Shown here: piece by piece, positions 19,610 through 30,064 of the stretch
Layout of the letters: the number at the start of each line of letters is the position of its first letter
Position numbering within the stretch: the first letter of the stretch is position 1
Assembly: GCA_018897195.1 (NCBI GenBank)
Contig: JAHILH010000004.1
Location: 149,678 to 209,049 of the forward strand
Source of the DNA: Patescibacteria group bacterium
GTDB taxonomy: Bacteria; Patescibacteriota; Patescibacteriia; Patescibacteriales; UBA12075
Direction: 5' to 3'
Length of the DNA: 59,372 bases
The notes under the pieces: model-generated
What the model was told of the DNA's origin: nothing
Databases searched by the model: none
What the model saw: only the letters and a program-made list of their open reading frames with translations
Position numbers and translations under genes: made by a program

Positions 19610-20350
19610 TTAAGAAATAAGCTCCCCTTCGATAATTTTCGATTTGGGGTTATTTTTTTTCTTCAAAATATAAAGCTGTTGAAAAGCAGATAGAAGGGTA
19701 GTAACCAACCAATACAATGCTAGACCAGCGGAAAAAGAACTGGCCATAAAAAAGGTCATCACTGGCATAAAATAAACCATCTGCTTATTCATAATCGCCG
19801 CCATATCCTCATTCTTGGAGTCTGAGCCCTTAACCTCGGTCTTTTTAGACATCATCATCTTTGCCTGCCAAAATTGTGCCAAGGCAGCTAAAATCGCGAT
19901 ATAAATATTCTTTTTAGAAAGATCTAAAAATCCAAAAGAGATATAATTAATTGTTTCTGGATTATGAATAAATGGGTAAATCAATTTTAAAGCCCCATCC
20001 TCAAAACCATCCCTAAAAACTCGGAACAAGGCAAACAAGAACGGCATTTGAATTAAAAGTGGTAAACAGGATCCAAAAGGATTAACTTTGTGTTCCTTAT
20101 ACAACTCCATCATTTTCTTTCCCATCTCTTCTTTGCTATCCTTGTATTTATTTTTTACTTCTTCAATTTTGGGCTGCAGTTCTTGTAATTCTTTTTGTGA
20201 TTTTATTTGTTTACTATTTAGGGAATAGAGGAGGATTTTAATAATTATAGTTAACAAAATAATAGCTATTCCTAAGTCTTGTCCTGGAATCACATCATAT
20301 AACCAAATTAATAAATTAAGAATTGGTTGATAAAAAAGAGTTTCAAACAT
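19610..20350 (-). CDS. yidC: Membrane protein insertase YidC (short form)
   Basis: LQPKI, YKEHKVNPFGSCLPLLIQMP, GLALYW. Confidence 0.95.
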   Translation of the reverse strand: MFETLFYQPILNLLIWLYDVIPGQDLGIAIILLTIIIKILLYSLNSKQIKSQKELQELQPKIEEVKNKYKDSKEEMGKKMMELYKEHKVNPFGSCLPLLIQMPFLFALFRVFRDGFEDGALKLIYPFIHNPETINYISFGFLDLSKKNIYIAILAALAQFWQAKMMMSKKTEVKGSDSKNEDMAAIMNKQMVYFMPVMTFFMASSFSAGLALYWLVTTLLSAFQQLYILKKKNNPKSKIIEGELIS

Positions 20351-20382
20351 ATTGTTTTAATATATTATTTAATTATTAATAA

Positions 20383-20631
20383 TTATTTAAGGGGATCATA
20401 ACCACCATTGTTCCAAGGATTACAGCGTAAAACACGCCAGGTTGCTTTTATTCCTCCTTTTAGTATACCATACTTAAAAATAGATTGAATGGCATAATCT
20501 GAACATGTTGGTGTAAACCGACAATGACCATAGGGATATAAAAACTTAAATAAACCATGATCCCGAGACAGGGTTTTTTGGTATATTTTTAAAATCTTTA
20601 TAACAAGATAACGAGGATAATAAGTAAACAT
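20383..20631 (-). CDS. yidD: Membrane protein insertion efficiency factor YidD
   Basis: CRFTPTCSDY and RVLRCNPW..GGYDP. Confidence 0.95.
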   Translation of the reverse strand: MFTYYPRYLVIKILKIYQKTLSRDHGLFKFLYPYGHCRFTPTCSDYAIQSIFKYGILKGGIKATWRVLRCNPWNNGGYDPLK

Positions 20632-20731
20632 TTTATTTATTTTATTTTTAAAATCTTTTAATAAAAAAACAAATACAAAAATACAAGAAATTATATTCTT
20701 GTATTTTTTAAAAGGTTATTCTCATTTTGTT

Positions 20732-20869
20732 TTATTTAGTAAGCTTTTTCCGGCCCTTTAGCTTCCGTCTTTTAATAGTATTTCTACCATTTTTAGTCTC
20801 CATTCTATTCATAAAACCGTGTTTTTTCGAAGCTCTACGAGTATTTGGTTGAAAAGTTTTTTTTGACAT
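20732..20869 (-). CDS. rpmH: 50S ribosomal protein L34
   Basis: MSKKTFQPN...HGFMNRM.TKNGR...RRK.KGRKKL; 45 aa from ATG 20869. Confidence 0.97.
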   Translation of the reverse strand: MSKKTFQPNTRRASKKHGFMNRMETKNGRNTIKRRKLKGRKKLTK

Positions 20870-21559
20870 GTCAATCAAAAAGGTAATACTGAAAACTTTG
20901 CAATTAATGCTTGCAACTCTATATTTCCTTTGTTTTATTTTTAATAAACATAATGTAACATTTTTAAATATAAAAGTCAACAACCATATTCAAGTAAAAA
21001 TTTACCCAAATTGTTTTCCACTTTTCCTGTGAATATTCTTGTGCTTAGAATACTAATCAATTTTAATAAATTGTTAATAAACAAAATTTTTACTTTCTTA
21101 TTCATTTGTTATTAATTTTTTACCTATCTCTTTTTTATGCTTATTCACAGTTTATTAAACCCGTTTTCTTTCTAAGGTTATAGCTGAATTCAATTTTTGC
21201 CATTTTTATTAACCGACTTATTATTATAATCAGTTTATAATTTATAAATAAATAAATAATAATTAATAAACTTTTAAAAAAATAATATTTTAAATTTTTC
21301 ATACTTTTTGCCTAGATAGTTTAATTAAAATTAACTGTTAATAAGATTTTAAAAATAGGACTTAAGTCTTTAATATTAAGTAAATTTAAATAATTAGTTA
21401 TCCACTTTTTGCGCACAAACTATAAACATTTCTTAATGTTTGAATAAAAAAAAGAAATTGTTATAATAGACATATCGTAATTAATAAAAAGCCTACATCT
21501 TTTTGTATAGTCAGGAGTTTATCTTTCCTGGTTGTAAAAAAATTAAATTTTGAAAATCT
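20870..21559. other. Probable replication origin (oriC) region
   Basis: AT-rich rpmH-dnaA intergenic region with DnaA-box-like TTATTCACA (21141), TTATCCACT (21398) and TGTGAATAT (21028). A G/C strand-bias switch is visible somewhere between ~13 and ~34 kb. Confidence 0.7.
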
Positions 21560-22918
21560 ATGAACAATGATCAACTTTGGCAAGCCGTGTTAGGCGAAAT
21601 TGAACTTAATCTCTCAAAAGCTAATTTTACAACCTGGTTCAAAGATACGTTTGTTTCTTCGTTTGAAGAAGGGAAAGCAATAATCTGTGTTCCTAATACA
21701 TTTACCAAGGCATGGTTGGAAAAAAAATATCACACACAAATTAGTGAAGCAATTGAAAGTATTAAGAGTGAAAAAATTAAAGAAATTTTATATAAAGTTG
21801 AAACTCGAAAAACAAGTCCCGTTGATGACTTGTTAAAAAAGATAAAAATTAAAAAAGATGTAGTTAGTGAAAACACTGAAGGAATTGTTATTAATAAATA
21901 TGGTTTAAACTCACGTTATACCTTTGATCAATTTATTGTAGGTAAAGGGAATGAGTTAGCAAATGCTGCTTGTCGAGCCGTTGCTGCTAATCCAGGTAAT
22001 GCCTATAATCCTTTGTTTATTTACGGAGGGGTTGGTTTAGGTAAAACTCATTTATTGCAAGCAATTGGACATGAGGTGATTAATAAAACTGACCGTATTA
22101 TGTATGTAACGAGTGAAAAGTTTACTAATGATTATATTCAAGCAGTAAAATCTGGTCAAGCAAAAGATTTTAAAGATCGTTATCGTAATGTTGACTTGTT
22201 GATGATTGATGATATTCAATTTATGGCCGGTAAAGATGGAACTCAGGAGGAATTTTTTCATACTTTTAATGAATTACACCAAACTAATAAACAAATTATT
22301 ATCACCTCTGATTTACCACCAAAATCAATTCCCGCGTTTGAAAAAAGATTGTTATCACGATTGGAGTGGGGAATGATTGTGGACATTGTACACCCAGACC
22401 TTGAAACTAGAATGGCAATTTTAGAAACTAAATGCAAAGAGAAGAATTACTCATTGGGTCGCGATATTTTAGAGTATATTGCTAATAATATTAAAAACAA
22501 TATCCGCGAATTAGAGGGCGCTTTAAATCGTATAATTGCTTTTCATGAATTTAATAATTCCAAACCAACCGTAGAATCAACTAAAAGTGTTTTAAATGGT
22601 TTAATTTCTAGTGCTAAATCAAAATCACTTTCTTGTAAGGATATTGTGGACTCAGTATCTAGTTTTTTTAGTATTAGTGTGAAGGAGATAACTGGTAAAT
22701 CACGAAAGAAGGAATTGGTTTATCCACGTCAAATTTCTATGTATTTAATGCGTAAAGAGATTAATTCTTCGTATCCAACCATTGGTTATGAATTAGGTGG
22801 AAGGGACCATACAACCGCCATGCACGCATTTAACAAGATTTTAAAAGAGGTTGAGGAGAACGAAAGGATTCGCCAAGATATTGAATCAATTAAACATCAA
22901 ATGTATAGCAGTATTTAA
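21560..22918 (+). CDS. dnaA: Chromosomal replication initiator DnaA
   Basis: YNPLFIYGGVGLGKTHL, DDIQF, RELEGAL, GGRDHTT. Confidence 0.99.
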   Translation: MNNDQLWQAVLGEIELNLSKANFTTWFKDTFVSSFEEGKAIICVPNTFTKAWLEKKYHTQISEAIESIKSEKIKEILYKVETRKTSPVDDLLKKIKIKKDVVSENTEGIVINKYGLNSRYTFDQFIVGKGNELANAACRAVAANPGNAYNPLFIYGGVGLGKTHLLQAIGHEVINKTDRIMYVTSEKFTNDYIQAVKSGQAKDFKDRYRNVDLLMIDDIQFMAGKDGTQEEFFHTFNELHQTNKQIIITSDLPPKSIPAFEKRLLSRLEWGMIVDIVHPDLETRMAILETKCKEKNYSLGRDILEYIANNIKNNIRELEGALNRIIAFHEFNNSKPTVESTKSVLNGLISSAKSKSLSCKDIVDSVSSFFSISVKEITGKSRKKELVYPRQISMYLMRKEINSSYPTIGYELGGRDHTTAMHAFNKILKEVEENERIRQDIESIKHQMYSSI

Positions 22919-22934
22919 TTAATAAAAAGTTTTT

Positions 22935-24068
22935 ATGAAAATTTCAAGTTTGCAAGAAAATTTAAAAAACGGTTTGCAATTAGTTGGCCACATTGCTGGT
23001 AAAAATGTTAATCTACCGATTTTAAACAACATATTAATTAAATGCAATGATGATGGAATTAAGTTGATTACTACTGATTTGGAATTAGGTATTACGTGTT
23101 CAGTGCGTGGTAAGGTGGAAAAAGAAGGTGAGTTCACAGTTGAGGCAAAAATTTTATCCGATTTTATTTCTTTATTACCTAATAATAAAGTCGACCTTGA
23201 GGTAAGGGAAAATAAACTAACCATTAAGAGTGAAAACTATAAAACAATTATTAAGGGTTTGTCCGCTGAAGAATATCCCTTAATTCCAAAAATTGAAAAG
23301 AAAAGTTTTTTTGAAGTTCCGGTTGATGAATTTAAAAAAGCCTTATCACAGGTTATTTTTGCAGTTTCAAACAGTGATAATCGTTTAGAATTAACAGGCG
23401 TACTTTTTGATTTTAAGGAAGAGGAATTATTTATGGCCGCAACTGATAGTTTTCGCTTAGCTGAAAAAAGAGTGAAAATTAAAAAAAATAACCAAGATGC
23501 AGTTTTAAGTAAAATTATTGTCCCAGCAAAAACACTACAGGAGTTAGTGAGAATTTTATCTAATATTAAAAGCGAAGATTTTAGCAATGAGAGTAAGAAT
23601 TTAAATATGTATTTATCTGATAATCAGATTTTATTCACGATTGGTAATGTGGAATTAATTTCTCGTTTAATTGATGGTCAATATCCAGACTATAAACAAA
23701 TTATACCAATTAATAGTAAGACAACTGTTATTGTTAATAAGAGTGAGTTGATTAGGGCGGTAAAAACTTCTTCAATTTTTTCTAAGACGGGTATTAATGA
23801 TGTAAATATTGATTTACCAGCAAATAAGAATAAAATAATTATTTCTTCAACCTCTAGTCAGACCGGTGAGAATGTAGTTGAGCTCGATGCTCAAGTAGAA
23901 GGGGATGATAATGGAGTGGTATTAAATTATAAATTTTTATTAGATGGAATTAATAATATCAATGATGAATCTATTAAATTGAAAATAATTAATGGCAATA
24001 CGCCTTGTTTGTTAAGCTCTGTTAAGGAGGACGATTATTTATATGTCATCATGCCTATAAAACAATAA
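22935..24068 (+). CDS. dnaN: DNA polymerase III beta clamp
   Basis: TDLE, AATDSFRL, SRLIDGQYPDY, YVIMP. Confidence 0.98.
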   Translation: MKISSLQENLKNGLQLVGHIAGKNVNLPILNNILIKCNDDGIKLITTDLELGITCSVRGKVEKEGEFTVEAKILSDFISLLPNNKVDLEVRENKLTIKSENYKTIIKGLSAEEYPLIPKIEKKSFFEVPVDEFKKALSQVIFAVSNSDNRLELTGVLFDFKEEELFMAATDSFRLAEKRVKIKKNNQDAVLSKIIVPAKTLQELVRILSNIKSEDFSNESKNLNMYLSDNQILFTIGNVELISRLIDGQYPDYKQIIPINSKTTVIVNKSELIRAVKTSSIFSKTGINDVNIDLPANKNKIIISSTSSQTGENVVELDAQVEGDDNGVVLNYKFLLDGINNINDESIKLKIINGNTPCLLSSVKEDDYLYVIMPIKQ

Positions 24069-24080
24069 ATAAAACTAGAT

Positions 24081-24116
24081 AAAAAAACAGCCGCTAAATT
24101 AGCGGCTGTTTTTTTA
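24081..24116. terminator. Bidirectional terminator
   Basis: AAAAAAACAGCCGCTAA-TTAGCGGCTGTTTTTTT. Confidence 0.75.
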
Positions 24117-24124
24117 AAATTAAT

Positions 24125-27025
24125 TTAATTTTTTATTTCCGTGTTGTTAATAGTAATAGAAACCTCGTCGCTTTTGATAAGTTTACCAGACCAGAGAACA
24201 GCCTCGCTGTATAGTTTATAGCTACCAGTGGCAGGAATTTCAGCCCATCGAATAGCTTCAGTTTTTACATTTTCATTTTGGAGGGAACTTATTAGAGTCG
24301 CCGTGTTTTTATCATTAAGGTAGTAAAAATTTATTTTAGTTACCTGATCGATATCATTAATATTTACTGAAATATTTAAAGGGAAGCCAGAATTGGAAAT
24401 AACAGCGTTTGCCTGTGGGTTGGTTAAAGAAATTTCTGCTGGGGAAACATTTTTGTTATTTGCGAGCTTAAGATTAAATTCAATAGTTTCACTTTTGCAA
24501 TTTTCCACATCGTCACAAATTTTAACTCTTAGGTTGTAAAAACCATTTGGTAAAAAATGAATTGCTTTTTCTAATTTGTAAGGGAACAGAGTATTGGTGT
24601 AAAACAAGTTGTCATTAATATAATATTCAACTCGCGTAATTGTTCTTTTTGCCTGAGCTTCAATAGTTGCGGTTAAAATCGGGTTGGTAATAGTTTCATT
24701 ATTAACTGGGCTTAAGATGGTTAAGGTTGGTTGATTTTCCAGGGTGTGAATATTGTCAATCTCGGTCGGTACTGAGGATGTGGCAAAGTTTTGTTTATCA
24801 GCCCAGGTTTTTATTGCTGTTTCCCAAAGGTTAAACTGAGGATCATTGGCTGGGTTTGTTGGGATAGGTCCAGCTGGATTATCTTTATTAACGTAATAAA
24901 GAATACTGTGTGGGTCGATAAATTTTCTTTCCTCAACATATTCTGGCGGAGTTGAGCTAGAGGCTAATAAGCCAGAGGTTTTATCAACGAGAACAATTTT
25001 TTCTAGAGGATTACCGCCATCGAGAACTGCTTTACCAGTGGATTTGATTTCTGGTTTTTTAAAGTATTCAATGGGGGTATCGCCTAGGATTTTTTTCATA
25101 TATTTATTCCAAATTGGAGCGGCAACAACACCGCCATCGGCGCCGCGCTTCATTTCACTATTATCATTGTTGCCAACCCAGACACCAGTAACAATTGATG
25201 GAGTATAACCAATTGTCCAAGCATCACGATAATCATTAGTTGTACCAGACTTAGCAGCGACTGGGCGATCATTACTAAAGGTTAACCAATTTTTAATACC
25301 AAAAATATATGCGCGTGCATTATTATCTGACAAGATATCGGTGGTCATACGCGCAACATTGGGGTCAAGAACTTGTCTTTCCGAATCTTTAAACTCTTCC
25401 ATGATATTTCCATTCGCATCTTCAATTCTTAATATAGGTTTTATGGAATGAATAGCCCCATCACGAGCAAAGGCGCTATAAGCATTCACGTGTTCTAGTA
25501 GTTTAACCTCTCCACCACCCAGGACCAAAGATAAACCAAAACGGTCTTTATCTTTTAAGGTTGAGTAGCCAAGTTTGTCGGCTAAGTCTAAAACATTATC
25601 AATCCCAGCGAGGTACATGGCTTTAACGGCGGGTGTGTTTAGAGAGCCGGCGAGCGCCATGCGCATACTAACTGGACCATGTTCTTTGCTGTCATAATTG
25701 TGCGGTTCGTAGGATTTTGCTGGATCGTTGGAAAAATTTGTTACTACGTCATAAAGCATGGTGTTTGGCGAATAGCCTTTTAAAAAGCTTGCGGCATAAA
25801 CTAAAGGTTTCATAGATGAGCCAGGCTGACGATTGCTTAAGGCAATGTTAACTTGTCCGTCGATATCTTTACTAAAATAATCCTTTGAACCAACCATGGC
25901 CAACACTTCGCCAGTTTTTGGATCAATGGAAACTAAGCTTGCATTCGTTGCTTTATAATTTGTTAGATTTTTTTCGGCCTGTTCTTTGAGAACTTCTTCC
26001 GCTATGGTTTGTTTATACAAATCAAGGGAGGTGTATATTTTTAAACCGCCTTGTTCAATTATTTTTTCGCCGTATTTTTCTGCTAGCAATTCTTTGATGT
26101 ACATAACGAAATGAGGCGCTTTAATATTTTCATCTTGTTTTTGAAATTCGAGTGGATATTTTTTTGCTTCATCGGCCTGGTCTTTAGTGATATAACCCTG
26201 TTCAACCATGAGGTCTAAAATATGTTCCTGGCGGCCCATTAAAAGTTCAAGGTTGGTCCCGTAAGGGGAATAACGGCTAGGCGCTTGAGGTAGCGCTGCT
26301 AAAACAGCGGCTTCGGCTAGAGTAATATTTTTAACATTTTTTCCAAAATATCTTTGACTAGCTGCCTCAACACCATAAGAGGTAGAACCATAAGGAATTT
26401 CGTTTAAATACATTTGTAAAATTTCATTTTTACTAAACTTTTTTTCCAAACGGTAGGCGAGAATTAACTCTTTTATTTTTCGAGTATAGGTTTTTTCATT
26501 TGTTAAAACAGAATTCTTAACAAATTGTTGGGTTAGTGTTGAGCCACCAGCCTTTTTTCCAAAAAGAACATTGGTAATAGCTGTTCTTAAGATTGCGAAA
26601 AAACTAAAACCGCTGTGTTTATAAAAATTTTTATCTTCCACGGCAATGGTTGCTTGTTCAACATAATCTGGTATTTCATCAAGATTTATTAGTGTTCTTT
26701 TTTCATCACCATGGATTTCATAAAGAATGGTTTCACCAGTGCGGTCATAAATTTTAGTACTCTGAGCAATTTCTCGATTAATTAGTTGGTTTGGATTAGG
26801 GAGATCTTTTGATAACCATAAAACAAAACCAACAACAATTAAGCCAAAAACCAGGAGACTGGATAAAGCATAAATAAGAAAGTTTTTCTTAAAATTGAGG
26901 CGGGAAAAAAAATCACCAGCGGTTTTTTTGTGTCGATCAGCAAAAGACTTTTTCTTATTAACGAATGAAGGTTTTTTATTGTTGTCCCTCCAACTATTAT
27001 TATTTTGCATGTGTGGTATTGGCAT
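24125..27025 (-). CDS. Class A penicillin-binding protein (PBP1A-like) with C-terminal Ig-like domains
   Basis: Transglycosylase motifs EDKNF and GGSTLTQQ; transpeptidase motifs SSMK, SLN and KSGT. Confidence 0.95.
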   Translation of the reverse strand: MPIPHMQNNNSWRDNNKKPSFVNKKKSFADRHKKTAGDFFSRLNFKKNFLIYALSSLLVFGLIVVGFVLWLSKDLPNPNQLINREIAQSTKIYDRTGETILYEIHGDEKRTLINLDEIPDYVEQATIAVEDKNFYKHSGFSFFAILRTAITNVLFGKKAGGSTLTQQFVKNSVLTNEKTYTRKIKELILAYRLEKKFSKNEILQMYLNEIPYGSTSYGVEAASQRYFGKNVKNITLAEAAVLAALPQAPSRYSPYGTNLELLMGRQEHILDLMVEQGYITKDQADEAKKYPLEFQKQDENIKAPHFVMYIKELLAEKYGEKIIEQGGLKIYTSLDLYKQTIAEEVLKEQAEKNLTNYKATNASLVSIDPKTGEVLAMVGSKDYFSKDIDGQVNIALSNRQPGSSMKPLVYAASFLKGYSPNTMLYDVVTNFSNDPAKSYEPHNYDSKEHGPVSMRMALAGSLNTPAVKAMYLAGIDNVLDLADKLGYSTLKDKDRFGLSLVLGGGEVKLLEHVNAYSAFARDGAIHSIKPILRIEDANGNIMEEFKDSERQVLDPNVARMTTDILSDNNARAYIFGIKNWLTFSNDRPVAAKSGTTNDYRDAWTIGYTPSIVTGVWVGNNDNSEMKRGADGGVVAAPIWNKYMKKILGDTPIEYFKKPEIKSTGKAVLDGGNPLEKIVLVDKTSGLLASSSTPPEYVEERKFIDPHSILYYVNKDNPAGPIPTNPANDPQFNLWETAIKTWADKQNFATSSVPTEIDNIHTLENQPTLTILSPVNNETITNPILTATIEAQAKRTITRVEYYINDNLFYTNTLFPYKLEKAIHFLPNGFYNLRVKICDDVENCKSETIEFNLKLANNKNVSPAEISLTNPQANAVISNSGFPLNISVNINDIDQVTKINFYYLNDKNTATLISSLQNENVKTEAIRWAEIPATGSYKLYSEAVLWSGKLIKSDEVSITINNTEIKN

Positions 27026-27096
27026 TTATTTATATATTAATTATAAAAGCCATTGGCTTTTTGTAAGAATGGAAATTGATTATTTTTAATTTCAAA

Positions 27097-28032
27097 TTAT
27101 TTTCGATAATATTGAGCGGCGGCTTCTGGAGCGACAGAGTTAATAATAAGTCCAGAACCAAGTTCAACACCTGCCCAGACGCTATCACGAGGTTGAATTT
27201 TTAGATAAAAATGTTGATCATTGTCTGAAACAACCTGATGTAAAAAATAGTTATAAGAAATATCCAAAGCCTTAAGTTTAAGAAGGATTTTTTTTAAAAC
27301 CTTAGCAAACGATTTAAACTCTTGTTTGTTAAGTTTTGTGATATTATCTAAGTGGCGCTTGCTAAATATCCAAGCTTCATAGTGATATTCACTGGCATAA
27401 GGAGCAAAGGCGACAACGTGCAAGTCTTCAAATATTTTTCTACTTGTTTTGGCCTCCTTTTTTAATAAGTCACAATAAAAACAAGTTTTATTTTTTTCTT
27501 TATACTGTTTAGCTAATTCTAATTCGTTTTTTATATCTGGTGGTAGAATGCTACTAGCGAAGACTTGCGAGTGAGCGTGGGCTATTGAGGCGCCAGCCTT
27601 TGACCCTTGATTTTTAAAACATAAAATATAGTCAATTTTTTTGTCTTTTTGTAGTTCTTTTGTTCGGTGTGAGTATATTTTTAAAACATTTTCAATTTCT
27701 TTTTCTGATAGGGTTCCTAATTCCTTGGAGTGATAAGGAGTTTCAACGATTACCTCTTGATAACCATAAGCTTTTTTATTATCTACGGAAAGGGCGGGAA
27801 AAATATTTCTAATTACCGCTATCTGTTGTTTGCTTTTTTCTTTAATTTCATCTAATAAATAATTTTTTATTGTTTTTTGTTGTTTTTTTAAACTTTCTTG
27901 GCAAAAAAAACAATCATCATTATGTTTTATAATAGTCTGCTCGTTGATGTCGTGTGGACGAGCAGCACGACCAGGTGTAATAATGACGTATTTGTCCAAT
28001 AGATAATCCTTTCTAATTTCTGATTTTTTCAT
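27097..28032 (-). CDS. galT: Galactose-1-phosphate uridylyltransferase family protein
   Basis: RAARP, CFFC, NIFPAL, GASIAHAHSQ (HxHxQ), ELGSG. Confidence 0.88.
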   Translation of the reverse strand: MKKSEIRKDYLLDKYVIITPGRAARPHDINEQTIIKHNDDCFFCQESLKKQQKTIKNYLLDEIKEKSKQQIAVIRNIFPALSVDNKKAYGYQEVIVETPYHSKELGTLSEKEIENVLKIYSHRTKELQKDKKIDYILCFKNQGSKAGASIAHAHSQVFASSILPPDIKNELELAKQYKEKNKTCFYCDLLKKEAKTSRKIFEDLHVVAFAPYASEYHYEAWIFSKRHLDNITKLNKQEFKSFAKVLKKILLKLKALDISYNYFLHQVVSDNDQHFYLKIQPRDSVWAGVELGSGLIINSVAPEAAAQYYRK

Positions 28033-28146
28033 AAATATATATTAATGTAATGCCTGTATTATAACAAATATAATTAATTAGATAAAGTTAGTGAGTATTA
28101 AAAAAAATTGTTAAAAAAACAAACAAGGTTAATGAGAAAAAATTGA

Positions 28147-28605
28147 TTATTTTTTTCTAAATTCCGTTATAAGTAAGTAAAAAATTGCACAAACAATCAT
28201 GGCATCAGCTATATTAAAAACTGTAAACCACTTAACGCTTAAATAGTCGATAACATAGCCATATTTAAGTCGATCGAATAAATTACTAGAAGCACCCAAA
28301 ATAATAAAGGAAAAAGCGCCTTTAATAGCGGTTGTCTGACCTTTATTGGTTAAAAGAGAGAAGATTAACCCGATAATAATAAAAAAGATAGTATAGTTTA
28401 GTAAAGTTCCAGAAAGAGGAATAGAAAAGGCAATAAAATAGTTTTTAGCTAAACTAAATTTGAGCCAGTCAGTAATTAATACATAATTAAACTGTTGTAC
28501 GCTAACAATTTTAAAAAACCTATCTAGGATAACAAAAAAGATGGCTAACAAAAACCAGGTAGCCATCTTTTTTTGAAATAATTTATTGCTTTCAATAAAT
28601 TTCAT
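28147..28605 (-). CDS. lspA: Lipoprotein signal peptidase II
   Basis: GASSNLFDRL..GYVIDY and FNIAD. Confidence 0.92.
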   Translation of the reverse strand: MKFIESNKLFQKKMATWFLLAIFFVILDRFFKIVSVQQFNYVLITDWLKFSLAKNYFIAFSIPLSGTLLNYTIFFIIIGLIFSLLTNKGQTTAIKGAFSFIILGASSNLFDRLKYGYVIDYLSVKWFTVFNIADAMIVCAIFYLLITEFRKK

Positions 28606-28612
28606 GAGTATT

Positions 28613-28993
28613 TTATTGATTTTGTAATTTTGTTTTACATTCAACGCAGGCGCTTGCAACAGGGCGAGCTAATAATCTTTTTGGGTTAATTGGTTTGTGA
28701 CAATACTTACAAACTCCGTAAGTTTTATTTTCAATACGTTCTAAGGCTTTATCAATGTCGCGAAGACTTGATTCTAATACTTTATCCGTGGCTAGGTTGG
28801 TAGTGTATTCATCGATTTCTTGAGCGTTTTCGTCTAACTTGTCACCAAACTCAGGAAATTTAACATTATCAGCTCCGTCGGTGATATCGTTAACCTCTTT
28901 TAATATTTCAACCCGCTCTAAAATAAGATTCTCTTTGATTTTTTTAATATCTTCTGGACTTAGGGTTGCAAATAGATCTTTTTCTGTACTCAT
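28613..28993 (-). CDS. DksA/TraR C4-type zinc finger protein
   Basis: Coiled coil followed by YGVCKYC...RLLARP.A..CVEC. Confidence 0.92.
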   Translation of the reverse strand: MSTEKDLFATLSPEDIKKIKENLILERVEILKEVNDITDGADNVKFPEFGDKLDENAQEIDEYTTNLATDKVLESSLRDIDKALERIENKTYGVCKYCHKPINPKRLLARPVASACVECKTKLQNQ

Positions 28994-29425
28994 ATATTTT
29001 TTGAAATGAAGGTTGTTATTTAATATAAGCCAACCAGCACTTTTGCTAGGGTAAAATTTATACTCTCAGTATATAGGAAATAATTTATTTTGGCAAGGTT
29101 GGGGGGTTTTAAAAAATAAAAAAAAGGAGCCCAGACGGGCCCCTTCTTGTTATAAACAAATGAATTTATGGGCTATTGTCTGAGCTCCATCCCTCAGAAT
29201 GTTTTTGGCAATGAACCAAAAATATCGTTCTGTAGGGGTGAAGCTTTCTTTCTGACTTTAGGAAGCTGAATTTTTTACCAGTCTAGTGGTTGCTCTCGAT
29301 CTTTTTTGATGATTAGGACCAACCTTTTTTTTATTTTTGTTTTTTTGCTATGTCAGATCTAGCAGTAATGACCAGTAAAAAATAATTATATTAATATATA
29401 ATGTGCTCTTTTGCTTTATAAATAA

Positions 29426-29454
29426 AGTATACCACATTCGGGCGAGAGAGTCAA
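29426..29454 (-). promoter_or_regulatory. Sigma70-type promoter
   Basis: TTGACT-17 bp-TATACT with an extended -10 TG. Confidence 0.6.
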
Positions 29455-29533
29455 TCCAGGCAAGTGTTTTATTTTATAGCTAATATTAAATATAAAATTT
29501 TGGTCAAAAGGGGGCTTGTTGATAACTTTTTTA

Positions 29534-29743
29534 ACTTAAGTCCAGAGTTTTGTGGACTTAAGTCGAAATGTATAAAAATAGATATTTTTTGTGGATAAAG
29601 TGTGTCTAATTAAAAACTTAAGTCCAGAGTTTTGTGGACTTAAGTAGTAATTATATGGTGTTTATTTATTATTTAAGTCCAGTAAAAACTGGACTTAAAT
29701 GTGAATAAAAAAGACTTAAGTCCACAAAACTCTGGACTTAAGT
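29534..29743. repeat. Cluster B of the 11-8-11 palindrome (4 copies at 29534, 29616, 29671, 29714)
   Basis: ACTTAAGTCCA-GAGTTTTG-TGGACTTAAGT twice, a symmetric variant ATTTAAGTCCA-N8-TGGACTTAAAT, and an inverted copy with spacer CAAAACTC. Confidence 0.92.
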
Positions 29744-29760
29744 CTTTTTTTATAATTTTG

Positions 29761-29831
29761 AGGCTTGAGAGGGAATCGAACCCACGATGGAAGTTTTGCA
29801 AACTTCTGCCTTACCACTTGGCTATCAAGCC
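29761..29831 (-). tRNA. tRNA-Cys(GCA)
   Basis: Reverse complement GGCTTGA...GAAGT-TTGCAAA-ACTTC...GTTCGATTC...TCAAGCCT. Confidence 0.95.
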
Positions 29832-30064
29832 GTTAAATAAAAAAAACAAGAATGTGGGAGACTTTTTATCCTTGTTGTTTATGTTTTTAATATATCAAAG
29901 AAAAAAATTAATTTCAAGGGGAACTTGACTATTTCTTTATTGTGTAGTAATATATGAGCATAAAGCTAGTTGATGTATATTAACTAGCTTTATTTTTAAA
30001 TATTTATTATTTTGGTATTTTTTGAAAATTTATTCGAAAAATATGTAATATTAAGATAAAAACT

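Noticed and set aside
29534..29743. Palindrome cluster as a CRISPR array
   Set aside because: Start-to-start spacing is irregular (82, 55, 43 bp), orientation is mixed, copies are dispersed over 33 kb and no cas genes are in the window.
29701..29928. 75-aa ORF
   Set aside because: Overlaps a palindrome and the antisense of tRNA-Cys.
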